A DNA stretch of 64,000 bases from Callorhinchus milii (lineage: Eukaryota), in NCBI RefSeq assembly GCF_018977255.1, contig NW_024704760.1, positions 1,798,001 to 1,862,000 on the forward strand, in the 5' to 3' direction. Positions 25,399 to 42,931 of this stretch are shown in pieces. Each line of letters starts with the position of its first letter. Within the stretch, counting starts at the first letter, position 1. The notes under the pieces were generated by a model. It was not told the DNA's origin. It saw only the letters and a program-made list of their open reading frames with translations, and searched no databases. The position numbers and the translations under genes were made by a program.

Positions 25399-26321
25399 TC
25401 AGAAGCGGGGGGATGGTTTACCGGGGCGGGGCAAACAGAAATAAAATAAGCCTTAATTTGGCAGCAGCAATGGAAAAAGAACAAAGCTTCAATAAGAGTG
25501 GCCAACTACACACAAAGTACAGAAGGTAAGGGAGGTGTGCCAATGGTCATGATTAGTTTGATGCAAGTGAAATTATTGTTAGTGTCTGGACTTCTTACAT
25601 TGATCTGATCTAGATTCTCACCAACTGGTAGTGATTCAGAGCAAGACAGCACCACAGTAAGGGAGGGAACAATGTAAGTCTTTTGCAACAAACATCTTGC
25701 AAAAGAGTTACACTCTGATTCAGTGTACATCTGTACTCTGGATATTAATAGGTTTCTTTCCACACTAGATTTACGTATAACTTCAGCCAACTGCTAACTT
25801 CTCAGTTACATCAAAGTGTAATTTAGTGAAAGAACATAGTTCACTTCAGGTTGCTGCTTCGTGCATCTCGAGTGTCCCACGCCCACGTCACAATGCACTG
25901 TTCTCGCACAGCCGTTGCTCTGTTACCAACGGCTTCCCCTCCTGTACAGCCAGGTCACTGTGACCCAAAGCCATAATCACAATGCATCCAAATGGAAGAG
26001 GAAGAAAAGTACCTTCTACACTAATGTACAATACAAAAAAAGTTCATCTTGTCTTATGTGCACTTGTTGCTTAATTAGCAGTGTATTACATCCGCAGTAC
26101 ATAAAAGCCAAATTATTCAATGAAAATGGCACCCCATATCATTGCAGGAAGTTTCAAATGTCTCCGTTAATTAAGTTTCAACTTCCTTTTGCTGTCAATT
26201 TCTGCAGAACACTTTGTGCTTCGATATAATACACACAGAACGATACTACCAGGCACCAAGGTCTCTCAGCCCTCAGATAACACGCTAATGCTTTTACAAT
26301 GCCATTGTTCATTTTCTGTCA

Positions 26322-26531
<210 letters not shown>

Positions 26532-27270
26532 TTAAATGGACATTTCTCCCTCCTTCCCACTACCTCAGTCAATCACTAATTTAAACTCACAAATATTTTA
26601 AATTATTCAAATTCTCCATTCCAGGTCACCAGATCCTCATGAACTGTTCTGGTGGATGTAGACACAGCAGGGATGAAGGCATTGTGAAGAGTTTCAATTG
26701 ATTTAACTGGAAGCTGGCAGGCATTTCAGAGCAGTTTAGGAGCCAACCCGGAGCTACCTGACCCATAAAAACTACAACCAGCTCTGTACAGCATCTACCC
26801 CAAATGGTAGGACTCCATGAATCCAAACGAGATTATAGAAATGACAATCCTCATGGCGCAGCAACGTTTAACTTTACAAAGAAAAACTAGTGCCTTGACA
26901 AAATGCCCTAAAAATGTACAAGCGAATTAAAAATACATGAGCAAACAGCCTAGAAAGTGCACTAGAACACACAAACACACTCTACACAAGATCCTACAGG
27001 AATTTTCAGAAACATTAAAGCACATATTATTGTCTGTGCCAAGCACCGGTATCTGGGAGTTCAGTGAAAAATATTTTGCAGGAAACAAAACAAAGAAAAA
27101 AAAGTTGCTGAACAGCTTGAAACAAAATAGAATTTAATAGAAAACAATATTTATCTACTATCAACTATTTAAGAGTACAAATTGCAAAACTGGCAGAAAT
27201 AGTAATAAATAACTGTGCTAAGAATCCCAGACAGTTCTGAGCTACCGTTTTAAGAAACCTTGGCCTCCTA

Positions 27271-27510
<240 letters not shown>

Positions 27511-28913
27511 TCAAATATCAAAAATGAACATAGAATCAAGCAGCACAGAAGGAAGGCATTCGGCCCATCGTGTCATGTCGGCTCTTTGAAAGAGCTGTCC
27601 AAACTAGTCCCACTCCCCCGCGCTCTCCCCAACAGTAAGCGTGTATACAATGTGGCAGCCTCAAGGTCCCGTTTGGCTTTAATGATTCCCTAAAGAAATA
27701 AAGCATTAGAGATTGTTGCGTGCATTGTGTCCTGCTACACATACATTTTACAAAAGTATTCCACAATTCAAATTACTTTCATTCAATCAGGCTTAAAACG
27801 GATGGATCTTGGCACTACACCTATTTTACACCTCCTTTGCTTCACGTACTGCTAAATCTCATTTCAGAAGAATTCATCTAAAATTCATCTCAGAAGAAAG
27901 TAAATGCCCAGTTACGATTTTCCTCCAATTTTGTTAAATCACAAGCTTAAATGTTACTGTTGAATGATCCCAGAAATCTTACACCCATATACACATTCTG
28001 ATAAAAGCAGCAACTTAATGATGGAAACAATGCTTGAGGCAAATAGCTATGCACATATTCACTTTACACATGACACTGAACACAGATTACATCGCTGTAC
28101 ACTGCATATTTTCTCACAAATTAACCATCTGGCACGCGAATCACAAGTCTCATTCGCAAAAGATTCACATCATCAACACTTCGGAAACTACCCCTAGAAA
28201 ATCAGAGTGACACTGAGATAAATGGATAATGCACACAACAAATCATTAACCTCAGGCGGCATTTTAACTAATCAACCCACAGTAAACTCAGCACAAAGAA
28301 GAAGCAGACAGGTGCCTCCCTTTCTCTGACATGGAAAGGAATTACTAAATAGTTCAGTAAAAACATCTGTACATTGTAATCCATCACAAATAATTTAGAA
28401 TTCTCGTGCACTTAATGTGGTCAATCTGCATCTCAGTCTCATCAATCCAAACCAAATGGGTTTAATCAATAAATACAAAAGCTTTTTAAAATGTAATATT
28501 CATTTCCTTAAGGAATATGATGTTAAACTTAACCCTGACCCATCAGCACCCACCAGAGCCTAAATGGGGAACACAAACGTCAAGGACATTCTGAATCAAG
28601 ACAAATATACTCAAATATTTTTAATTTGAGAGCACTTCCTCAAACAGTACTGTTGCACGTGACATTTCATTCAACTTTGCGGAAATTGCAAGATCACAAC
28701 TTTTAATAAAATATTGAAGTAAAATATCCACTGGTTACTGAATCAACTGCTACTGTTTTCAGGCACAGTCATACTCCAATAGCGTCAAAACACATTGAGC
28801 GGTGCCTTTCAGCATTACAAATAGTGACAGTGCAAATATTTTGGTTCCTTCAAACAACTACATGGGATTGCAAATAGGTAGTTGTACACGGACTTGTGAT
28901 TAAACATTACTTA

Positions 28914-29120
<207 letters not shown>

Positions 29121-29189
29121 TCAGAAACCAAATCTATAAATCGGTGTAAAAGATACACCACTTTCGAGATTATTAAAAACCATACTTAC

Positions 29190-29347
<158 letters not shown>

Positions 29348-29820
29348 CTATATCAAAAGCAAGTAACTCTCAGGATTGTGAAGTGGTTCAAAATAACAGT
29401 ATACAGTGGAGAAAAAGAAACACAAAATACAGTGGAGGCCTGTTTTAATGTGGTGGTTGGGATCTGTAAAATCCCATTCAATGTGTGCAAATGCATTCAT
29501 ATCTGAGGTGACCTAATGACCTAGAAGTTGGCTACTTTAGTGAGTAAGTGGGCTGCTCACGCACGCAGCTAACTGAATCTGCGCTATAATGGGCCAAATT
29601 GTAGTACTGGTACACATTACACATTTATACCACCGATAATGATTTGGCACAAGCAATGTTTGTATCATGAGCTGTGGGCAAAATATTTTTGCAATAATGT
29701 TGAGATGGATGATTTAATACTTGCAAATGTTTATTCTATTGGTTAACTGGGGAGTAACTTTGACTCAGTATGAAGGATTGTATCCCTAGATTTTGCAGCA
29801 ATCTATTTATGCAACCATCA

Positions 29821-30060
<240 letters not shown>

Positions 30061-30764
30061 CTATCTTCTAGAAGATACACACTAAACACCCAAATGCCCA
30101 TCGTAAGCTCTAAGTTTTGGATAAGACACAAAGTGTAAGACCTGAGGGTTTACTGAGGTAGCCAAGATACAAAAACAACAATTGAATAACTAGTTTGATT
30201 TAACCATAACCCTATCTCTAACCCTTGACACCAAAATTCAAGGACAAGTGCTTCCAATTCATTGTTGAAACCAACTTTTAAAAAAAGTCTCACATCTAGA
30301 ACCCGAAAGAAGGAATGATTCGAAAAAAAAGGCTGACTGAAGTACAGAAAGTACTTCAGTCAAGAAATCACCACAGCCAGCACTCACACTTTATTGCTGA
30401 ACTTCACATCCTTGTATTGTAGGCCAATTGAAAGGCAAATAAATTAAACTCTGTTACATCTGATGTGCTTTAGCTCCTGGAAAAACCTCCCCAAGTAGTT
30501 TAAGAAAGACTCAAGTCATAAGAACAAAGTAGATGATAAACTAACAACATAGGAGGAGGAGTTAACCATCCCAACCTTGCTCTTTGCCTGTAGTTTCGGT
30601 ACCTGCATAAATCAATACAGAATCCAAGTATGGTAATATCACATTTAATCTATAGCTAGACATTTATCCGGTACATTACAAGTGTCCACTTAATGCTGAA
30701 CTCAATACAGAAAGTCTAGATCAAAAATTGCTAAAAGGAAATTGCTAAGCAGTTTCAGACTCAC

Positions 30765-30807
30765 TTCATTTGTTTCACAATTGTACTTTTCCCAGATTCA
30801 CCAGCAC
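30765..30807 (-). CDS. GNAI3: G protein alpha-i3, exon 2
   Basis: 43 bp, [15 protein letters not shown]. Confidence 0.96.
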
Positions 30808-31019
30808 CTGCAAAGAAAGAAAGTTGTATTCATATAGTGACTATTACATAACCCGCAACACAAATGTATACCTCCCAATTCAGTTTCTCTGTTTGGGAAC
30901 AATGTGGTTTGCTTCCATTTGTAGCAATGATAGACTACATGTAAACAATTTTTTTGCTAAAAGATTCTTTACTTCTGTCAATAACAAACCAACATTTCAG
31001 GCAACTTTCCTTACTTCAC

Positions 31020-31290
31020 ATGCCTCGATTTACCTAGCAGTAAGTAGGATCCCGGTTGTTAGTCGATTGGCGGATCACTTTTCCCTTATTTTACAAAAAA
31101 CATTAATAATGTGGTCACTCAATTCACAACTGTTTGTGGGACACTGCTGTGTGCAATTGGCTGCCGCATTCTGCCCACAAAATATACAGTCAATTCATTT
31201 TACAGTATATTCTGTGAAGTGCTTTGAGACATCTCGAAAAATGCAAAGTAAGGCACTGTATCAAATGCAAGGATTATTATTATTTTGTTA
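31020..31290 (+). mobile_element. SINE family B, 5'-truncated, GNAI3 intron 1
   Basis: Body and tail match family B; more than 20 further truncated copies are scattered through the window. Confidence 0.8.
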
Positions 31291-34200
31291 AGGTCATCAC
31301 TAGATTGACCAGCTACAATGTACCACAGCTTTAATTTCAAATATCACCGAGTAGCAGTAAAACATCCCCTATCAAATGATGTAGAAGATCTACATTGAGT
31401 AGAAAACACTAGCAAAAAGGAATTGCCAAGTTATTACCCTCACTGACATTTAATTTTTTAATGACATTTTATAACAGAGCAAATAAAATACTGACATTGT
31501 GTGCAGTCCATTTTATGGGCAATGATTTTATATTACATACGCACATCCATATAAAAATCCACCCAATGTGCCTTAAATCTTTCTGGGCCAAGAATATTTT
31601 CCATTTACCACATCAACGCAGCTTATGAAGTCACAATCCGTCAGATATTAAAAATCCTTCAGGCAAAAAGGTCGCTCTTGGATTGTTATCAGGAACTGAT
31701 ATTTTCAAACAGATGGGGAATTGTACCTCTTGTATTAAGATTAAGGTTTGTGATCTGCATTTAGGTTAAATTTGAAACCAATTTTAAACTCGGGCGGTTT
31801 TGACATTCAAGGTCACATGGAACACTGCACCTCCCTCAAAGCCAAGAAACACAGGATTCAGAGTGTGCAGGACTTAATATCGCAGCCAGTGCCAAGCAGT
31901 GTTTGTGAGTGGTGTAAACATAAGTGGAAGCAGATTTCGCAGAATTTATTCAAAAACAAATTAAGATGTTTTGGGTCCATTTGGTGCAATGTTAAATCAG
32001 AATAAAGGATTTAATTAAAGCACATGGATCCTAAGTAACTTCTAAAGTAAACTGAACAATCTGTAAGTAGTGTAGACTGTAAAGGCGTGGACTGGGCAAA
32101 GGTCCAGATGGGAGATGGAAGTTGCTGGATTGAGAGCTAGCACAAATGATGATAATGTATGGTGTTTATAACAAGGACACAGTGTTATTATAAACGTAAA
32201 CCACACAATCTCATAATTTCTGCAGTTCACGTCCTGAGCAGAGTCAGAGATGGATGCAGTAGGCGAAGATTTATAATAAATCAGCAAGCTGTCATGGCCA
32301 AAAGTGTCCAGATCCCTGCATGCCTTTGCTTTACACTGAATCATATGCAAAGACTCCGGTAATGTTTGTTTCACAAGCACATGCTTCATTTTCTGCTTAA
32401 CTTTGACAACTTGTTGTACTGTATTTGCCTTTTAGTAACAAGTCATAACTTATAACCAATTGCTAAGTTTCCATAGATGTCTGATCGCTATCGTTTGGGT
32501 AAGACATTAAACCGAGGTTCCATCTGCCTGTTCAGGTGGACGTTAAAAGATCCCATAGCTCTATTTAAAAAGAGAACAGAGCTTCTCCCGGTGTATTGGC
32601 CAACAATCCCCCAAATAAAACCAGTCACTCACTCCGTGGGTGTTTGTGGGACATTGCTGTGCATGATTGGCTGCCGAGTTTCACCCACAAAATACAGTCA
32701 ATCTACTTTAGAAGCGACATGATAAGGCACTATATCAAATGCATTGGTAGCATTCACAAACATTTCCCCAGTTTCCTCAAGGTCAACAGAGCACAAGGTC
32801 ACATTGTACAATAGCATACACTTCCCTCACGAGTTCATCGATAAAATCCCAAAACATTCATTTTGACAAGCAGCCTTTCACTCGATCCTTATGATCAAGC
32901 CTGAGGTAGTTGCAGAGGGAATTTGTTCCTGCTCATGAGAAGCTGCTGAGCTAAATCTGCAGCATATAGAATATTATATGAAACAACACGTACATAACCC
33001 CAGAGGAACCCAAAATAAAGCAGTACAACTATTGGCAAGTTAAATACACAAGTCCGTGAAGACCTAAGCGCTGGAATAATAATGAAGGAAAATATGTTTC
33101 ACTGGCATGCCATATACTGTTTAAAAAAATGACTTTTTTCATGATATTCATGTATCCTCAGCCCTTCCAATAGCTTGGCACTAGGCAATAGCTCTAATGA
33201 AATTAGAGTATCTAGAATGAAATACTCATGCAAACTGGGCATTGGATACTTATCCATAATTATAGGAAACATGCAGTGACTTGGCCGACCATCTGCTGAT
33301 TAAAGCTCAGAACACTTCCTGATTTTGAAGAGTCACTTTGTACTTCTGTATTTAAATATGAATACTGTAATAAAATAAACCCTGCTATGGGCAATAAACT
33401 GACCAGTCCTTATCAGTTATAGAAGGAAATGTCTGTTGTCTGATGAGAACATATTGTGAAGTTTTGAGCAGACTTAGTCACATTCCTGTGGTATTAGCTG
33501 CATTTATTCCAGACATACAAAGCTAGATTAGTATAGAGCAGTAGAAATCAACAAGTTTTCATGAAATTGCTACCAGTTTTTAAATTTCCAATTTATTTTC
33601 CAGACATCAAAATTAAATTACTTAATTTGATGTAATAATTGGCTTTTTCCACTCCCAAACATTACCAGGAGTACCATTTTGAAATTACAGCTCAAAGCAG
33701 TCAAACAATCCTATCAAATGTGTAATACTTATAGCTTTTTTTTAAAAATAAAAAATTTATCACTTGGCTACAAAATGCTCTGAGCAGGCATGCCTTCATT
33801 TAAACCCTTAGGGAGCATTCGCTAACATATCTTTTTTGTTGCTAAGTTCACTTTCAGCACAAAATAAGAGGAACTATATCACATTAACCCTTTTAAATTT
33901 CATCAGAAGTTTCCTCTCAACGATAATTTTGAGAAATCCATGGTGAAATAAGAAAAGTGAAAGTTACCCAACAATTGAGTGGCACTACGTTTATTATAAT
34001 AATAATCCTCGTATTTGATATAGCGCCTTATTGCATCTCCAAGATGTCTCAAAATGCTTCACAGAATATATTGTAAAGTGAATTGCCTGTATATTTTGTG
34101 GGCGAAAATATTGTGCCAGTTATGTAAAATACCTATTCCTGCATTCACAGGTTGCAGCGTGTCTGGCAATGGAGACAATGCCATCACTGTGTACATGATA

Positions 34201-37200
34201 AAGCCATCACAACATTATCAGTTCTGCTGCCTTGCTGAGTTCAGTGCTGGAACCCAAACAAGTCCAAAGCTTCGGGAGCACAAAAAATGGGCTCCGATTG
34301 TCAAGCAGTCGTGATATTCTCTGAAAAATTAATCTGAAAGCATCGAATCAGGTCTCCTATTGCCCATCAATCATATAGGATTATAATTGTAAGCTTACAG
34401 TGTGCATGGTGGCGTAATGTACCAATATCACAGTAAATATGTGCTTACTGTTCACAGCATGCAATATGCCAACAGGAAGAGAGCATCACGATTGAAACAA
34501 CAGCAGGACTCGTTTCATAAAGTGCCACCTTTTTACTAAATTATTCATCATCATTTCTTGCTAAAAAGGCTTTTATTTACTTTGCAACAGCGTCGTCGGC
34601 CTTAGCCCTGCCATTTGAAACAAACTGCAAGTTAAACTTGACATTACAATAAAACTTGAGTCGTCCATTTATAAATTGTATAATCTCCTAAACAGTACAC
34701 GTGCCCAAGTCCCATTCAGTTTCCAACCAAAAAACTTTTAGGTTTGTTAAAATACTAGCTGTATTTTATAAATTGGAAAAACGGTTAAATCTTAATGGTT
34801 TCTTGGTCCCAAATAATCCTAAATACCATGCAAATCACCTCCTAACTTGTAATGCACTTGCTGCTGCAGTGTTACGCTTCAAACAAGTGCTGGAAACAAT
34901 GTCTTGACCAAATAAGAGGAGGAAACAAAGTACTTGTTTATTGTTATGTGTTAGTGGTATAAAATGAGACTTATACACGTTTGCCTATAAACTTCACGCA
35001 AGTCATATGAAGTGTAACGGTCCCGACTGATATGATTTATGTGAGTTTTACTGTAGTTTGCATTTTTGAAAAGTTTACCACACCACTGGCACAGGATCAA
35101 TATTCAATGTTTGTGTTGGTGTTGCCCAAAAACTGAAAATATTCTACACTTTAATAACATGCTGTCTCTCACATTAAATATGCCTTTGCTCTAAGGAAAG
35201 GATTTATTTAAATTTGAGGAGTATCTGAAAACAAAATAAAAATAAATCTAATTTGAGCAGTTCATTACAATTGCTCCCAAAGTACAACCATAACAAATGC
35301 ATTAAATGAATGCACTGCTCTTAAATTGTGTTTTGCAGTTTTACCAAGCCTTAAGAAGTGGACACCAGTTTAACGAGGCTGTAGACATTTTAAGTATTCG
35401 AAGTCTGTCAGGTAAGTAACAAGAGAAGCACTTTCCTGGAGGTACTGCTGATTTTAAGAGACCAAATGTCCTGAATAAATGAGAGACTGCTTTACCACGT
35501 CCAACAATTGGGACCCATCGTGTCTGTGCTGGCTCTTTTAAAAGTGCTATCCAAATCAATCCCACTCCCTCACGCTCTCCCCATAGTCCTGCAAACGTGT
35601 CTTCCACGAATTTAAATTTTTGTCTACTTTTAACTCAAAAATAACTCAAACTCTTTGAAAATGTAAACTAGCACCATGAAAGTTATAATTGAGGCTGTAC
35701 CCTGCAATGTAAAAAATCTGAGTTGACAGGGATACAAAGTAAAATTTTCCAAAGGAGTAAAAACCATGTCACACAAATATATTCAACATTTTAATGTCAT
35801 AAATTATTAATATAGACATAAGATATTGGTGCATAATTTGTTTTAAACCCATTATTTTTACCAAGGGTACATATATTCCATAGGAAATCACAAGTTACTC
35901 GATTTACCATTCCCATTCAACTCTTTTTTTGTTTCAATGCTTTGCAAAGAAAAGTTCTCCAATTCTACCAGGCCTCCTTGGGTTTCCAAATCATACTTCA
36001 GAATGCATCATTTTCATCTTTAACAGATTAAATCAACAAATTTTAGTGAGATGCTTTGCTGGCTGCAGTCAACGGATTTTCCAAAACAGCTGGCCCCAAA
36101 ACAAAGGATGATTTTAAAAGTTCTGCACATGCTTGATCAGTATGTGGGCCCACTAATTTACATACCTACTGGACTCTTAACAGGCCTTGAATCATGCCAA
36201 AATTTGAGATTTATAATTTGAAAATTCCTTCAATTTCCTTTTACTTCAATTAAGGACCTGATAGCATTGGAGAAACAGTTTGCAGACTGAAGCGACTAGC
36301 TTTACAGTAATTTGCATTTACTTAGCATCTTTCATGTAAAAACACCTCAAAAAGCTTGCCAAATGTAATGGTGGACAATGAGCTAAGATTTAATTCCATG
36401 CCAATAGCCTGGTCTCTTTTGGACTTGGAGATACTGATAACACAAGCAAAATGGGAGCCAGGTGACACTGCGTTTCCACCATACTTATTTGTTTTCCTGC
36501 ACATATTGCAATTGCTTTCTGCAGAGGAAGCAAGTGCTTACTGCCAGTTATTTACTACCTACAAAGGCCCCATAAAACTTTCAACACTTGAGCCCTGTGC
36601 CAATCGCAGCAAATTACTCTACATGTGTGCAGAGTACATTATTCCTCCATCTCTGTAATGTACAATAATAGTACTGCATATTCCCAACATTGCAGGAGAT
36701 ATTTTCTTGTAAGGATTCATTTTCCACTAACTTGGCTGAAAATCAACAACTTTAACAACCATGGGACGATGTAAGCTAAGAAACACTTAGCTCATTTTCA
36801 CAACATACATCACTGTAGTTGAGTGTGAGCAAAAACCTAGGAATGTCAGTTTGCCTTAAGAGTGGATAGGACCCATTTTCATGAAATAATCATCTACCAG
36901 ATAAGCAACCCCTTTCAATCAAACGGGCAATAAAAAATACTATTTGGTTTGTTTTGGAAAAAGGCTCCACACTGATTGTTTTCACCTGTGGAAAAGATTG
37001 CATAAATTGCATGATTTGTACTGGAGAATCACTGTGTATTTGGCAGGTTTAGGACTGTAGCTCATGGATCTCGGCACGTAATCGATTCCCAACAATGGAA
37101 CAGAAAGGAGAACAATCGTAAACATAACTCTTGCTGTCCCCAGACAGAGCCTAACATGGTGCAAACATAACAATTTAAAAGGGAAGCATGGAGTGATTGT

Positions 37201-38772
37201 AGTTTCACAACGAAACACTGATAATGTTGCTTACAAGAATCATATGGTAGAGTATTATGAGAGAAATAACTGTACTGCAGACAGGAAAACAAACAGAAAG
37301 GAAGGAAGCTACACGAATAAAATCCAATGTAGAGCAGTGTTATTTCTCACTAAACTACTTTAGCTTACATTCCACTGATTGCATCACATACTATATTTAC
37401 CTCCAGCAAAGGCATCAGCAGGCAGCAACTGAAGGGAGCTACCACATCCCCTTTCAATCCTCCATTTTAATGTCAAACTATTGTCTCACTTAAGATTTCT
37501 TCAGCGGACATGTTTAGGAAACTGGAGCAATGGAGCAAGTCCACTCGAGTCACCTTCGGAGATTGGAACTGCAGAGTCCACAGCACAGTAACAGGCCTTC
37601 ATTTCACTAGCATCAACAGTGCCACCCAAATCCCACTCACTCAAAGCTTGAACTTTGTTTAAAAGTTAGGATACAACTGTAACTAGGTTGAGGGAAGAGT
37701 TTTAAACCCTTAAAAGGTGGTTAACTACTACGGGGTCGATTGGTCTACAGCCCTCAGATAAACCACACCCATCAGTAACAAAAAGGATTCATTAGTCAGT
37801 TTCCCACAACTGGTTAAATGTCTATATTTCACTACTGTATCTTCAAATTTTCCTCAATTAGTACCCAAATGCACTGACATATGAATCTGATCCATTTTGA
37901 TACAATCCCAACTCACTTCCTATGATCTTCTTGAAATCTGGGGATATTTCAAGTTAACAGAGGAGAAAACACTATCCAGATTCCCCTCTCAGTGGACATT
38001 CCCTCAAAATACCTTGCCTGCATCTAACATTTTGAGAGACTTTTATAGAAAAGCAACTTTGCATTTGCAAGCTGGTCTGTTTTCAGTGGGTACAGCTATA
38101 GTTCCAGGTTTACCACAATTAGTCACTGGCTAAAAAAATGCCTGATTCCCAAATTGTACTGAACTTGGCATAATGTTAAAACAGAAAGTGCTGGAAATCC
38201 ACAGTTCGATCAAAACACATTTCAGATGTGAACGGATTGTGAAAAAAAGGGTAATGCACCAAAATATTTATGAGGCACTTTTCAGCCACAGATTCACGTG
38301 ATAATTTCCAGCATTTTCTGCATGTACTTCAGATCTGCAGCATTCAGAGTTCCTTTTGTATGTCAACTATGGGATGCGTTAGTCAACAGTCAACTGGAGG
38401 TCGGTGTGGGGGTGGGGGCTTTGTAGCCATGTACCTGGGAAAGGGGGAGCCCAAGAACTGGACCTGGAAACTGGACCTAGGGCTAAAGAACACAAGAAGT
38501 TGCTGGGCCAAAGAAGACCAGGATCTATTCATTTCACCTTCCTGGCAGTCACTTGACATGCCGTGTCCCGAACTATGTAATGAATCCTGAGATATTATTT
38601 GCTAACAGGAGGGGATGGGTGGGGGGGGGGGGGGACGAGTGATGACAACAACAATAATAATCGTCGCACTTGATACAATGCCTTTTTCGTGTCTCAAGAG
38701 ATAATATGTACACAATAATAATGATGCTCGCGTCTGACAGAGCGCATTATCACAACAGGTTGAGACGTCTCA

Positions 38773-40060
<1,288 letters not shown>

Positions 40061-40116
40061 GGAGGGAGGGAGGGAGGGGTGCGGAGAAGGAGTGGAGGGA
40101 GATGGGGCAGGGGAGC

Positions 40117-40708
40117 GAGGGAGGGGAGGACGAGGGAGGGAAGGATGAGGGAGGGGAGTGAGGGAAGGATGAGGGAGGGGAGTGAGGGAAGGATGAGGGA
40201 GGGGAGTGAGGGAAGGATGAGGGAGGGGAGGGAGGGAAGGATGAGGGAGGGGAGGGAGGGAAGGATGAGGAGGGGAGGAGGGAAGGATGAGGAGGGGAGG
40301 GAGGGAAGGATGAGGGAGGGGAAAGGATGAGGGAGGGGAGTGAGGGAAGGATGAGGGAGGAAGGATGAGGGAGGGAAGGATGAGGGAGGGAAGGATGAGG
40401 GAAGGAAGGATGTGGGAGGGGAGTGAGGGAAGGAAGGATGAGGAGGGAGGGAGGGAAGGATGAGGGAGGGGAAGGATGAGGGAGGGGAGGAGGGAAGGAT
40501 GAGGGAGGGGAAGGATGAGGGAGGGGAAGGATGAGGGAGGGGAAGGATGAGGGAGGGGAAGGATGAGGGAGGGGAAGGATGAGGGAGGGGAAGGATGAGG
40601 GAGGGGAAGGATGAGGGAGGGGAGTGAGGGAAGGATGAGGGAGGATGAGGGAGGGGAGTGAGGGAAGGATGAGGGAGGATGAGGGAGGGGAGGGAGTGAG
40701 GGAAGGAT
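40117..40708. repeat. Polypurine minisatellite (GAGGGAGGGGAAGGAT-type 12-24 bp units)
   Basis: About 590 bp of degenerate tandem units directly visible. Confidence 0.95.
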
Positions 40709-40870
40709 CCCACGACTGCTTTGTGTGGGACGCTGCCGTGCGCAATTGGCTGCCGCGTTTCGCCCACGCAACCTACAGTCAACTCACTTTATAGTATATC
40801 CTGTGAAGCGCCTTGAGACGTCTCGAAGATGTGATAAGGTGCTATATCAAATGCAAGGATTGTTATATAT
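40707..40870 (+). mobile_element. SINE 3' half abutting the polypurine repeat
   Basis: cccacgactgctttgtgtgggacgctg...aaatgcaaggattgtt. Confidence 0.8.
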
Positions 40871-41748
40871 TTTACCCATGAGTTTGCACATGTCCATCCC
40901 GGCCGCTCCCAAAGTAACAAATCTTACGCTCCTCCCCATTGCTCACCATCTCTGAGTCAGTTTCTTCATCAAACGTCAAATGTCAGCCTTTTTACCCGTG
41001 AGCCCCATGTGCCTAACCCATCCTCAGTGTTGTGTAAAGACAGTTGCAACACCAACGTGCACTTATACGTGTGAAAGAAAGAGCCTCAAGGGAGCTTGAC
41101 AAAATAAGATGAATTAGTCATGAAGTGAATGTTGAGGAGGTAAAAGCCGGGACTAATTTTCCCCTGCAAATTCTTGTGCTTACATATAAACACCAATTGA
41201 TAAACACCAATGTTTATCTTTAATTTGATTTTAATACTGTTAGGGACTTAAAACGTTAGGTTACAAGTGCATAAGTATATAATATAAGTATATCATATTA
41301 TATTATATGATATAAGTATATTATATAAGTGTGCTGGAGCATCTCTGCACATCATTACCAAAAATATATTGACAGACACTATACGGTTTTGGTGATAATA
41401 TGCAGAGAAAACCAGGACTGTTGGGTAGGATTGTATATGTATGTGAACGTATGGATATTAATGTGTGCGCGCGTCTTAATATATGCACGCATGCGTTGGT
41501 GCGGAGCAAGGGAACAAACCTCATCTCAAACTTCCTCTTTGAGTGATTCAGGTCCAGTCAGTTGCAAATTAAATCAGGAAGTTCTTTCTTTCAGAGTTTT
41601 GAAGACGAAATGTGGTATACAACTCAACAGTAGAAAGAAATGGTGCTTCGGTGAGCTTGACTTGCTCTTTCTTTTAACGCTCAAGCTGCCTTTTCAGTAG
41701 GAAGCGATGAGAGCTGCCACACAGCAGACGTTGTTCTCTTCGCTCCTG

Positions 41749-41788
41749 ATGGACATCAGCTTGATTCTTCTCTTCACTTCTCTCGCAG
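41749..41788 (+). CDS. CD300/pIgR/MDIR-like receptor copy A, leader exon
   Basis: MDISLILLFTSLA with |gtgagt donor; in-frame upstream ATG at 41707. Confidence 0.8.
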
Positions 41789-42604
41789 GTGAGTGACACC
41801 CGGAGCTGAGCAGCCAGATGTTCCGAGTCTCATCAACCTCCAGGTTTACGTTGTGGCTCGTGTCTGTAAGTCTTTCTCCGCAATAACTTGTTACAAATGA
41901 ACCTTTGAAATGTTTGTTGTGATAAACTAGTTTATTACTAAATAGAAACAATTAAAAAATTTTGTCTAAGACTCAGCAGGAAAAATGCAACTTTACTGTA
42001 CACGTATCAAATGGACACGCACCTCTTCTGTAATAATAAACAATGAAAGTAAAACTATTTGATGTGGATCGATGGTACTATATTTTCAACAACACCCACT
42101 GGCCGATGTATTGGCTGAACTGAGCAGCAGTTTTAATGCAACCTTTGTTCTCAAAATACAAGTTATAAGTTACTTTGCAATCCTTGGTCTCAGTATTTGA
42201 CCAATTTGAGATCAGCTTTGGTTGTCACTGTTAGTGCCTCCTCCTCAACTAGATGCAGAACAACAACTTGCATTTATATAGCAACCGTCACACCAGCAGC
42301 ATCTCGGGAGTGCTTAAACTGCAATACAATAATAATAAGAATCCTTGCATTTGATATAGCACCTTATCATGTCTTCTAGACATCTCAAAGCGCTTCACAG
42401 AATATATTGTAAAGTGAATTGACTTTTAACAGCTGTGCCCAGCCTCAGTGATCAATGCTTAAACCCCAATCACAATACACAAGACATTTAACTGTATGGA
42501 TAAGAGCAGTGGTGCACACAGTCTGTACACATTTGGGAATCTTTTACTGAAGGATGCGCTTGTATTAAGCAGTTATAGTTCGATTTGTGACATTTTGTCT
42601 ATAG

Positions 42605-42931
42605 ATTCAGGTGGATTATGGGCAGAAGCTGAAGTAACAGGAGTTGTGGGACGAGCGATCACAATAGACTGTCGATATGGTAAGCAGACGTACTCGCGAC
42701 ACAGGAAATATTGGTGTCGGGGGCACTTTCGCTCCACTTGTAAAGTTGTAATTGATACAAGAGCCGACAATGGACAACGAGGAAATTTCTCAATCGTAGA
42801 TAACGCCAGAGACGGGGTATTTACTGTAACTATGAAGAATCTCAACACGAGAGATACAGGATGGTATTGGTGTGGTATTGATAAGCTTGCCAACGATCGA
42901 ATGTTTGCTGTAAAACTACACATATCTGACG
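42605..42931 (+). CDS. Receptor copy A, IgV exon
   Basis: CRY...KYWC-x7-C...DTGWYWCG, the CD300/pIgR-type V domain with an extra disulfide; phase 1/1. Confidence 0.92.

Noticed and set aside
30770-31291. 173-aa ORF
   Set aside because: Antisense to GNAI3 exon 2 and running through a SINE; no domain signal
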